NCBI GenBank assembly: GCA_011364965.1
Contig: RDOB01000005.1
Span: forward strand, 128,001 to 192,000
DNA length: 64,000 bases
Source of the DNA: Candidatus Heimdallarchaeota archaeon
GTDB lineage: Archaea; Asgardarchaeota; Heimdallarchaeia; Hodarchaeales; Hodarchaeaceae
Direction: 5' to 3'
The translations under genes were made by a program, and so were the position numbers. This document shows positions 41,839 to 50,492 of the stretch, in pieces. Numbering within the stretch: position 1 is the stretch's first letter; each line of letters begins with the position of its first letter. Under the pieces are notes generated by a model. The model worked only from the letters and a program-made list of their open reading frames with translations, searched no databases and had not been told where the DNA came from.

Positions 41839-42039
41839 AATCCCCATTAAAGTCGTTTTCTAGTCTATTTCAACTTGATTCAAAGAATAATTGGTTTTGT
41901 CAATTTCATAAACAAATATCCTTAAGAGAATAAATTCAGGAATTTAAAGTCTAGCTAGTATCCGAAAGTTCCATAGTCGGTAATAGTTCTCTATTCGCTA
42001 AAATTACTTTAAAATTATCCGATATTAAGGTAGAAGAAG

Positions 42040-42495
42040 CTAATAATCTTCTGGATAATTCCAAAAACATTTTTCACATTGAATAGGAGTATTTTCAAGA
42101 TTCCAGCAGTTAGTGCAGCTGCGTTCGGGCTCTTTTTCAGGTGCATGGTGTTTAAGCCGCGCGTTACCCAGTTGTTTGAGCTTGGATTTACGAGGTGTAC
42201 AATCTCCCTTGGAATGATAATATAGATATTTAGGTAGAGAAGGAGAAGCATCGGGCTTGGGTAATACAATAAAATTGATCTCTGTAATCCGAAAATGACA
42301 GGTGTGTCAGATTAAACGGGTATGGGAAAAATCTGTGGCAAAATCTTCTTCCTGCCAATTTCTGAAGAACTCCAGCCCAAATTTTTTATGCTGTCTGGTT
42401 GCTTTAGGAAGAATAGCTTCTTCTATTTCCTCTGTATCTTCAGGTTGGTTCGATCTATTAAATTCCTCAATATCTTTCTTTTCTTTACTTATCAT
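42040..42495 (-). pseudogene. Zinc-finger protein gene with an in-frame TGA (nonsense allele or recoded codon)
   Basis: ORF 42307..42495 continues in frame past TGA 42307-42309: ...TRLI*HTCHFR...YYHSKGDC...RSCTNCWNLENTPIQCEKCFWNYPEDY, ending at TAG 42040 (152 codons in total). Confidence 0.6.
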
Positions 42496-42735
42496 TTTCC
42501 TTCTATCTCCCTCCCTGTTTGGAGATTTCCTCTTAATGCCATTCGGAGTATTTTTGAATTAGAGTTATGGAGAATTAATAAAAAGTTGAATGTGATAAAC
42601 ATTCGACTTTATATTTATAGAGATCATCCGAATTACAGTACTAATCTAGGGGATAATGTTTCTTAGATATTTAATGCGATATGCAGGTCAAAATATTTAC
42701 AATAAGGGATATATAGAACAGGGAAGCATAACATC

Positions 42736-43605
42736 TTAGAAATTATCATAATCAAAAAAGAGGGGTAATATGATATGAATCCTATTGGGTAGGATCCAGG
42801 AACGGAAGTTGAAGAAAGCTGACACATATACAAGATATTCATAAATAAGCTGGTACCCGGTTCTTTGTGACAGATCTTCTGAGTCATTTAGGAAAAAAGA
42901 AACTGAGACAGAAAAGGGATTAAACATCTCCACTTCAATTTTAATAGGCTGAGAGCACCAATATAGGAGTGTTCGAAAGAAATTTGTTAGAAAATGGGAA
43001 TTTCCCCAGATAACAGGGTCATTAAGTTGTCCATGGTTCATTTCCAATTTATTAAGAATATTAATTGTTGTATGTGAACGATCACCGATATAAAAACTCG
43101 CTTCCCGAAGAATAGAAGATAAAGAAGTAAGCTGAATCTTCTGTGTTGTTCCCAATAACTGAAGCAAATCCGAGGCAACGATTGTAGCTAACTCTTGTCG
43201 TTTTAAAGCGTTAAATATCTTATCTTCAAGAGCTGAGTTCCTAAATGGAATTCTTTTTCCTAGATTCAGAATTAGACTTGATGTGCGGAGTTCATGAATA
43301 CACCTTTCCATCCAAACAGATGTTGTAAAAGCTTTATCAGGGAAGAACTGTATTATTTTATGGGAGTTCCCCTCAATGTTCGAAGAGACAAAAAGCTCTC
43401 CACTTCTAACATCCGGTAGAGAAAAATTCTGAGTCGATGGATGTAATTTGAATAAGTTTGCTAATGTTTGGGAAAAATATTCAATCTGGTTTTTTTCAAG
43501 AGAGATGACCAAAAAGGCGCTAAAAGGAATTTTGAACGGGTCCTCACAGTAATTTCTTCGAGTGAGTGGATTTCTCGTTATTATTTTTTCAAAACTGGGT
43601 TCCAT
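42736..43605 (-). CDS. Soluble degenerate histidine-kinase-like protein (PAS-like, HisKA, eroded HATPase)
   Basis: PAS-like FLVISLEKNQIEYFSQTLANLF; H-box IHELRTS; VIWGNSHFLTNFFRTLL (N-box region); RTGYQL (G2-like). Confidence 0.6.
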   Translation of the reverse strand: MEPSFEKIITRNPLTRRNYCEDPFKIPFSAFLVISLEKNQIEYFSQTLANLFKLHPSTQNFSLPDVRSGELFVSSNIEGNSHKIIQFFPDKAFTTSVWMERCIHELRTSSLILNLGKRIPFRNSALEDKIFNALKRQELATIVASDLLQLLGTTQKIQLTSLSSILREASFYIGDRSHTTINILNKLEMNHGQLNDPVIWGNSHFLTNFFRTLLYWCSQPIKIEVEMFNPFSVSVSFFLNDSEDLSQRTGYQLIYEYLVYVSAFFNFRSWILPNRIHIILPLFFDYDNF

Positions 43606-43909
43606 TTTCTACACATAGCATTTTCTTAAGATGTTCCTGCAATTTCTTAAAGATATGTGGATGACTATTACATTTTATCTCAATTAAAGGATCTATCGTC
43701 CTAGAGCTTAAAAGAAAGAATTCTGATTCGATATCTAGGTTAAGGGAATTCAAAAACCATGAAAGCAGAACCCTTCTAGAATTAGAATCATCCTCATCCC
43801 TGAGCTTTAAGACCACACGATCTTCTCCAAAATAAAAATCCTTAAACAGGTAAATTGATAGGAAAAAAAGAAGAAGGGACTCTATTCTAGTATCTTTTTC
43901 ACAAGTCAA
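43589..43909 (-). CDS. Hypothetical protein in an operon with the peptide and kinase-like genes
   Basis: GAGGA RBS upstream of the TTG; 17-nt overlap with the downstream gene. Confidence 0.6.
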   Translation of the reverse strand: MTCEKDTRIESLLLFFLSIYLFKDFYFGEDRVVLKLRDEDDSNSRRVLLSWFLNSLNLDIESEFFLLSSRTIDPLIEIKCNSHPHIFKKLQEHLKKMLCVENGTQF

Positions 43910-43932
43910 GATCTTATCCTCTGATTAACTTG

Positions 43933-44079
43933 TTAAAATCCAGGTGGAGGAGGTGAATTTGGTGGTGCTGTACCTGTGATAACTTGGATACTAAAAAGAG
44001 TCGCCAGAAGCAACAAGGGAATTATTTTGATGATATAACTCTTACTAGGTTTTCTTAACATTCTCAAATGTCTTCTCAT
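43933..44079 (-). CDS. Small secreted peptide precursor (48 aa; not in the ORF track)
   Basis: MRRHLRMLRKPSKSYIIKIIPLLLLATLFSIQVITGTAPPNSPPPPGF*: basic n-region, hydrophobic h-region, short Pro-rich tail. GGTG elements upstream; 23 nt from the next gene. Confidence 0.7.
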   Translation of the reverse strand: MRRHLRMLRKPSKSYIIKIIPLLLLATLFSIQVITGTAPPNSPPPPGF

Positions 44080-44227
44080 GGGATTTTACACCAGCCCACC
44101 TAAGTATTCATCATTCACTTTAATTCCAAGCAGGATCTTTTATCCCATTTTTTATAAAGAAATGAGCATTCTTGATAAATCTTATACGTTAAAATGTTAT
44201 TTAATGTAGGTGGATGGAAACTAGAAA

Positions 44228-45721
44228 ATGGAAGAGCTGGGGAAGCAAAAATATGTGAATGAGGAAATTTTATCTGTAAAATTTCCCTCCCAAGCAACCC
44301 CGATTGAGAAGGAATTTTTTTCCAGCTTAACAAGATATTACGAAAAAATAAAAATTAATTGTAAAGAATCAAAATCGGTACCTAAAATCTGCAACAATTT
44401 ATATGAAAAGGATACTGTACCATTTCTCAATAGGTGGCACGAGCATTTTTCCTTTCTTCAACCGAGCCCAACCTATTCTGGTTGGCCTTACTATTCTTTC
44501 GAATTACACCTACCAGATAAAGTAGTCCTAATACCCCATAGAGCGGTTGTTTATGAATTTATCAATCCTGATAATGTAATAAAAACCAAAATATCCAATC
44601 TTAGAAATATTTCGGAATTTGTACAATTGTTCAACCGCTTTTATACAAATATAAGTGTCAATTTAAATTTAAATGATCTCAAAATTATCAAAGGGCTTAC
44701 ATCCAAACGTTTTTTACAAAGTAGTTCTCGATTTCCGACTAATGAGAAGATGGCGAAATTATGTGGATGTACCCGTCAAACGTTTACCAGAAGATTCGAC
44801 GTTCTAACAACTGGTCTCTCCGTCATTTATCTAAATTGTAGAATTGATGTTGGTAGACTCGGTTACGAAACATTTAACTCTATACTTCCTTTAAACCAAT
44901 TTGAAAAAGTCAGGGAAGAGTGCGAAAAATATTGTCTAGCTGTAATACCAATTAATACATTTTCAAATATCTCACATACCGAATCATATTATCTTATTAT
45001 AAGCCAAATTCCAATTCATCGAAATGATTCTTATTCGATTCTCTCAAATGGGGCACATGGATCATTTCATCAGCGATTATCACAAGCTTATATTGGATGG
45101 AATCTCAAAACGATCCATCCAGACTCTAATCTTCGGTGGAAAGTTCTTCCACCGATTCTTTCGACACAAACTTGGACAGACCATATAATATCCGAAAATA
45201 ATGGGATTTTTTATGATTTAAACCCTCAAGAGTATAATCCATCTTTGACTTCAAGCGAAATTAAATTATTGAGCTATTTTGAAAAATATGGCTTCGTTCA
45301 AGATAAGAAACTCGCCACCACGCTAGGATTATCATTAAAGACTATTCAGAATACATGGAGACGATTGAGCCAACGCAAACTGTTTCATCGATTTTCATTT
45401 ATTTCTAATATTGGCTTAGACTTTAAACCGTGGATCACCATAATCGGAAAACAAGAATCACATTCCCCTCAACTCATTGAGAATATTGTAGAACATCTGA
45501 AATTCTTCCCATTCTGTTTTTTATTCTTTGAAACTGGAAACCGCGAGAATTCTCATCCAATAATAACAGGAGTGCTTCATATGCCTCCAGCATGGGTGGA
45601 TGACTTCTTTTTTAAAATTTCACTACTTTCAGAATTGCAATTCGATGTAAACGTCAATTTTGCCCATAATCGGATAATAAAACAGAACATCAATCTCGAA
45701 GAAACTTATAATAAAAAATAA
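44228..45721 (+). CDS. Large Lrp/AsnC-like regulator with two winged-HTH domains
   Basis: LNLNDLKII...PTNEKMAKLCGCTRQTFTRRF and LTSSEIKLLSYFEKYG...KKLATTLGLSLKTIQNTWRRL, each followed by a RAM-like segment. Confidence 0.7.
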   Translation: MEELGKQKYVNEEILSVKFPSQATPIEKEFFSSLTRYYEKIKINCKESKSVPKICNNLYEKDTVPFLNRWHEHFSFLQPSPTYSGWPYYSFELHLPDKVVLIPHRAVVYEFINPDNVIKTKISNLRNISEFVQLFNRFYTNISVNLNLNDLKIIKGLTSKRFLQSSSRFPTNEKMAKLCGCTRQTFTRRFDVLTTGLSVIYLNCRIDVGRLGYETFNSILPLNQFEKVREECEKYCLAVIPINTFSNISHTESYYLIISQIPIHRNDSYSILSNGAHGSFHQRLSQAYIGWNLKTIHPDSNLRWKVLPPILSTQTWTDHIISENNGIFYDLNPQEYNPSLTSSEIKLLSYFEKYGFVQDKKLATTLGLSLKTIQNTWRRLSQRKLFHRFSFISNIGLDFKPWITIIGKQESHSPQLIENIVEHLKFFPFCFLFFETGNRENSHPIITGVLHMPPAWVDDFFFKISLLSELQFDVNVNFAHNRIIKQNINLEETYNKK

Positions 45722-45733
45722 CGGAAAAAAGAA

Positions 45734-46822
45734 TCATTCAGTCTTAAAAAAGGTTGAAATCTTCGCTAATCCTTCACTAACTTGAGATAATTCTTGAGCA
45801 TTCCTAGATATTTGTGTAATGGAAGCGGTTTGTTCTTCTGTTGATGCAACAACTTCTTCGGTAGATGCAGAGTACTCCTCAGATTGAGTAGCAAAATTTT
45901 GGAACGTTTCACTTACCATTCCTATTGTGGAACTCAAGTGCGCAAGTAAATTTGTAAATTTCATCTGTGTTTCTTGGGAGTTATGTTTTGATTCTTCAGC
46001 TAATCTCCGAACATTATCTGCCACTACAGAGAATCCTTTTCCATGCTCACCAGCTCGTGCAGCTTCAATGGAAGTATTCAATGCAAGGATATTGGTATTA
46101 TGAGCAATATCTTCAATGATTTGAAGAGAAGATTCAATCTCCTTTCTTGCCAAATTAAATACTTTGAGCAGATTCTCGATATCCTTGATCCCCGCTATGG
46201 CTGATTCTGACTGTATATTCGCTCCTTCACTAATATTTTGTATAGTTGCTGTAACTTCTTCTGATATGGCAGTAAGTTCCTCGGAAGTTGTAGCTAGATC
46301 GTCAGCCAACGTATTTGCTAATTGGGCTGATTTCTTAATTATTCCAATATTTGATTTCAGATTTTCGGTCATTATATGAAAAGATGAGGCCAATTCACCA
46401 AGTTCATCTTTCCGTTGCTGAAGGTCATTACTAATTTTAATTGTTAAATTTCCTTTAGCAATGGATTCTGTGGCTATAAAAGTAACAGATTTAAGGGGAA
46501 TGACCAAACTGCGGTATAAATAAGAAGCGATAGTAGCAATGATGATAAAAGTAATCAGTAAAAGTAAACACATCATCACAATATAAAGAAAAGAGGAATC
46601 CCCCCAGATAGATTTGGCACGGACAAGAATCCCTGTAGCTAACCCCGTATAAACAACCAAGGTTGTCATAGTTATCACAAGCTGTAATACTATCGAATTT
46701 CGGGCTTTCCAAACCCCGACGCCGATAACAAGCCCTCCACTAATCAACATAATACTAACATCGAAAAACATTTCTTGAGCAATTTGTAACAGTCCATTTG
46801 AAAGCGATTGAACGTAAAACAT
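45734..46822 (-). CDS. Methyl-accepting chemotaxis protein, about 3 TM plus HAMP, no extracellular sensor domain
   Basis: [10 protein letters not shown]; [34 protein letters not shown]; GGTG RBS in the 12-nt gap after the cyclase. Confidence 0.92.
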   Translation of the reverse strand: MFYVQSLSNGLLQIAQEMFFDVSIMLISGGLVIGVGVWKARNSIVLQLVITMTTLVVYTGLATGILVRAKSIWGDSSFLYIVMMCLLLLITFIIIATIASYLYRSLVIPLKSVTFIATESIAKGNLTIKISNDLQQRKDELGELASSFHIMTENLKSNIGIIKKSAQLANTLADDLATTSEELTAISEEVTATIQNISEGANIQSESAIAGIKDIENLLKVFNLARKEIESSLQIIEDIAHNTNILALNTSIEAARAGEHGKGFSVVADNVRRLAEESKHNSQETQMKFTNLLAHLSSTIGMVSETFQNFATQSEEYSASTEEVVASTEEQTASITQISRNAQELSQVSEGLAKISTFFKTE

Positions 46823-46834
46823 CTTTGAAACACC

Positions 46835-48616
46835 TTAATTTTGTAACTTTAAATTTTCTAGCAATTCTATTCCTTTAGGTTCATGACTGAATAAAAAACA
46901 GGCCATTGAAAGATAGATGAATATCGGACCATGAGCTAAATCATTGTAACGAATAGGTCGAGGTCCAGTTCCTTCAGGAAAACTTTTCATTTGACCTTTA
47001 GTTAAGTACTGGAGCCATAAAAGACTTTTTTCAAATAATGGATTTGAAGGATCTAATAAAGCCCAGATAATTGCTGCATAGCAAGTAGATTGTTGTTCAC
47101 TTTTAGAGGAAATGTGTAATTTTGGCGAATAACCTCCATCAGTGTTAACGCTAGTCATTAAGCAATCTAATATTCTGGTTTTGAGTATAGTAGTTTGAGC
47201 TTCAAAGGATGTTCCTTTTGTGAAAGGTGATACTTGAACAAGGTAGATTGCTATCGCAATTTGTGAGAGAGGGTAAATGTCACTAAAGGAATAAGCACAA
47301 TATTTAAAGCTCCCATCCTCCTCTTGTGACTCTAGAAGATTAAGAAAAGCAGAGTTAATCATTTTAATCCTCATTTCTTCATTTATGAGAGTAGGAGGTA
47401 AAAGAGCATATAACATTACTAATCGGGCGGTCATCTCGGCAAGAGTTTCCGTAGAATGAAGATACATCGAAGATCCACCATCATCCCTACTGGTACGTCT
47501 AATAAATTTAAGTCCTCGATTTATCGCTTTCATTATCTCCTCTTTAGTATGATAATATGGTAGAAGCGTCAACATAACAAATATTGTAGTATCTACGTCA
47601 CTTAATAGCATCTGGGGTTGTAGTGGCCAACCTCCATCCTCATTCTGGGAAGTTAGGAGAGAGATTATTGTAGAAAAAGGAGGTTGATTTCCCTCGAAAA
47701 GCCATTTAAAAAAGAAGAAAAGGGAGGAGTTATATAATTTCATTGAATTGAGAACTGATAATCCCCCTTCTTTTCTACTAAGGTATACTTCGGATTTATG
47801 AATCCCATGCTGTATTAAATCAGGATATTTTGTAGAGAGAGCAAAATATTTTACAGTATGTAGAACCAAGAGAGTAAGAAATTGATTTTTTTGCCAAGTA
47901 CCATCATTAGATTGTAATTCAAAGAGATCCCGTAAGTAATTAGACTGGATCAAAGAAGAATCATTATTTTGCTTTCCTACTATAAGCAGAAAGAGATAAT
48001 AGTATACTCTCCTCCAGACATCAATTTCTTCAAGATTGACTCCAGATACGTTTAATTTTGCTGAAATAGACGTTAAAAAGGAATAAATTCTTTCTTTAAC
48101 CTGATCATCTGGACTAGTATATAAAGCGAGTAAGTTGAAAGATAGAATTTTACGAAAATATCGCTTTAAATCACCCTCTTCTGCATCTGTTTTAAATAAA
48201 TCCGCTAAAATTGAATTATATTCACTAATCCAGGCATCAACTTTTCTACTTAGGGAATCGCTAGTAAAATTCTCTGAACAAATATAATAGAGATTAAATA
48301 AAGAATTTTGCAGATGTTGATCAAGGAAAGAAAGGATTGAAGGATTATTAGTTTGTCTAGCAATTTGAATTAAGGTTTCCTCGGAAATGGTTGCTTTTTC
48401 GGGAGTATAAAGAGTGAAATATGATGCTAGTAAGAGGGACTCAAGCAAACGTGCTTCATATCCAAATTCGACAAAACTACTACTTTTTTCAATATGTGAA
48501 TGGATTAGCTGACTAGCGCGATCTAATATCTGTTTGAAAAGCTGTATGAATGGTTGATCAAATAACTCCTCAGGCTTCGGTCTTTTATCAGGTTGGTCTG
48601 AGATTTGGAACTCCAA
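46835..48616 (-). CDS. Class II terpene cyclase-like protein (prenyltransferase/squalene-cyclase repeats)
   Basis: QW-like repeats QSNDGTW, QNEDGGW, QEEDGSF, NTDGGY; acidic motif SDVDTT; C-terminal GPRP. Confidence 0.8.
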   Translation of the reverse strand: MEFQISDQPDKRPKPEELFDQPFIQLFKQILDRASQLIHSHIEKSSSFVEFGYEARLLESLLLASYFTLYTPEKATISEETLIQIARQTNNPSILSFLDQHLQNSLFNLYYICSENFTSDSLSRKVDAWISEYNSILADLFKTDAEEGDLKRYFRKILSFNLLALYTSPDDQVKERIYSFLTSISAKLNVSGVNLEEIDVWRRVYYYLFLLIVGKQNNDSSLIQSNYLRDLFELQSNDGTWQKNQFLTLLVLHTVKYFALSTKYPDLIQHGIHKSEVYLSRKEGGLSVLNSMKLYNSSLFFFFKWLFEGNQPPFSTIISLLTSQNEDGGWPLQPQMLLSDVDTTIFVMLTLLPYYHTKEEIMKAINRGLKFIRRTSRDDGGSSMYLHSTETLAEMTARLVMLYALLPPTLINEEMRIKMINSAFLNLLESQEEDGSFKYCAYSFSDIYPLSQIAIAIYLVQVSPFTKGTSFEAQTTILKTRILDCLMTSVNTDGGYSPKLHISSKSEQQSTCYAAIIWALLDPSNPLFEKSLLWLQYLTKGQMKSFPEGTGPRPIRYNDLAHGPIFIYLSMACFLFSHEPKGIELLENLKLQN

Positions 48617-49030
48617 TTATAAGTCACTACTCAATTATGAAGAATATTTACAATGAAATTAATATAAGTAAGAGACGAAATTACTTGATAAATTTCATTA
48701 AAAGACTTCTTATTCAATATAGGACTATTATTTTTTGCTCAAAAATGAAAAAATTTTGATCATCTCGAATTTAAATGACTTAAATTTTAATTAAACTTAA
48801 AAATTTAAATGAAATTGAGTAAATATTCATAATATTACATGATAAGCTGTTTTAAAGGCATTGCATAATATAATGCCTGAACAAAATTAATATTTTTGGA
48901 GGCAATAAAATTAGAAGACTTAAGATATTCAATTACTAGAAATTACTAGTTACTAGATGCAATGTTCATCTTTAAAATTGAAGTCGCTAAAAATAACTGT
49001 GGTTTCTTTGGGACAACAGAATGTGGGGAA

Positions 49031-49597
49031 TTACCCCTTCATTAGCTTCTGTAGCTTCTGGAGACATTTCGGGCAAAATTTGCTATTTTTCTGTTTAGCT
49101 TCCCACACACTATTAGAGAAGGTCATTACGCAGGGAAGGATGCAGTGACTCAACCCGAAGACATGGCCTAGTTCATGGATTACCTCCTTTTGGACAAAGT
49201 CAGGATTATTTTCAAGTCTTGCAACAGAGACCACAGCACCTAGTCCATCAGAGGCGATACCAAAGACAAAATTCATATAGGGGACAAAAAGATCGTGAAA
49301 AACTAGCAATACAATGAGATTTAAACGAGAGCGGGAAGCTGCAAATTTCAAGAGACATTGGGCATTATATTGGGAGCGAGCTTCAACCCAGCAGGAACGT
49401 GGTAGCTGTTCGGCGATTAGGTGATTAATAGTTTGAAATGAAAAGATCTCCTTTAATGAAGGTTCAAGAGGTTCAATTAAAGATGAAATGATTAGTTGAT
49501 CTACTAGGAGTACCAAGGTTCTAAAATTTCGATACATTAACATACCACATGAAACTGAAGTTTTTAATCTTTTACTCCGATTTCTCCCAAAAAACAA
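49031..49597 (-). CDS. Archaemetzincin (M54 zinc metalloprotease); true start probably near 49516
   Basis: QYNA, NFVFG, KEVIHELGHVFGLSHC..CVM.FS, FCPKC. Confidence 0.9.
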   Translation of the reverse strand: MFFGRNRSKRLKTSVSCGMLMYRNFRTLVLLVDQLIISSLIEPLEPSLKEIFSFQTINHLIAEQLPRSCWVEARSQYNAQCLLKFAASRSRLNLIVLLVFHDLFVPYMNFVFGIASDGLGAVVSVARLENNPDFVQKEVIHELGHVFGLSHCILPCVMTFSNSVWEAKQKNSKFCPKCLQKLQKLMKG

Positions 49598-49746
49598 TGA
49601 AATAATAAATTAAATAAATAAAATGAAGCGTTAAAAGCTTATTTTGGTTTTGAAAAGGAAAGTTCACCGTAGTTAACTTTTTGATCAAATGCATTATAAT
49701 TACCTTAATCTGTATTATTATCGCAGAAGAATGAAGATGAAGAACG

Positions 49747-50304
49747 ATGAATTGGATAACAAAAATAGAGCTCGGGATTCTAAATGGCTGGATTTACTTT
49801 TCTATTTATATGATTATTTTTCTCCTAACTCTACGAACTTGTACTCCAGAAGTCCGAAAACGGTTGTATAATCGATCCTTTTGAACAAAAAAAACCAAAA
49901 TTATCACTTGCATTGGAAAAGTGTTTTCTTTTTTAAATATTATCATGGTCATATTTGGTGTGTTGGTAGTTGGAACTCTAGAACTCATTTTAGGAACTAT
50001 TCTCTGTATAGCTGGTTTAAGCTTGCTGGTTGTTGGACTTATACACTATCGGGACGCTTCATTAGACCAATCTGTCACCACAGGAATATACCAGTATTCT
50101 AGAAATCCACAGGTAATTGGTATATACCTTCTATTCTTAAGCATGATTTTAACAATCGGATCGGGGATCAATCTGATATTTTGGAGCATATCAACCGTCT
50201 GTGCCCACTTCAGTATTTTAGGCGAAGAATATTCACTAGAACAACAATATGGCGAATCATACCTAGATTTCAAACGAAAAATACTCCATTATTTCTTTAT
50301 TTAA
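49747..50304 (+). pseudogene. ICMT/PEMT-family methyltransferase gene interrupted by an in-frame TGA
   Basis: ATG at 49747 reads MNWITKIELGILNGW...KRLYNRSF*TKKTK... in frame with ORF 49921..50304 (TTGIYQYSRNPQ, EE..L...YG). TGA at 49882-49884 is codon 46. Confidence 0.78.
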
Positions 50305-50492
50305 GCCCTAAATCTCAAGCTGCCTTCTTACTTATATAAAGGAGCGTTTTTGCCCTACAAGGAGTTCTAAGATTCTTAAATTGCCACAAGTTGAGACTTT
50401 TTAGAGAATAGACAATAAGAAATACTTCAAAAAAAGGTATATTAATATCTTGAAAACAAGTTCACATATGTAAACTTTTCCGAGACTGTATC

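Noticed and set aside
41885-41912. Possible SECIS on the minus strand (ATGA-AATTG-loop-CAATT) downstream of the TGA-containing zinc-finger gene
   Set aside because: The stem is only 5 bp and lacks the 3' GA needed for the kink-turn quartet; this is expected by chance in AT-rich DNA.
42040-42130. CxxC...CxxC-FWNYPEDY resembling the zinc finger of some HNH restriction endonucleases
   Set aside because: No HNH core and no adjacent DNA methyltransferase were seen; the resemblance is too short to call.
42015-42666. ORF-track calls 42015..42269(-), 42302..42562(+) and 42322..42666(+)
   Set aside because: These are alternative-frame or antisense shadows of the read-through zinc-finger frame and have no motifs.
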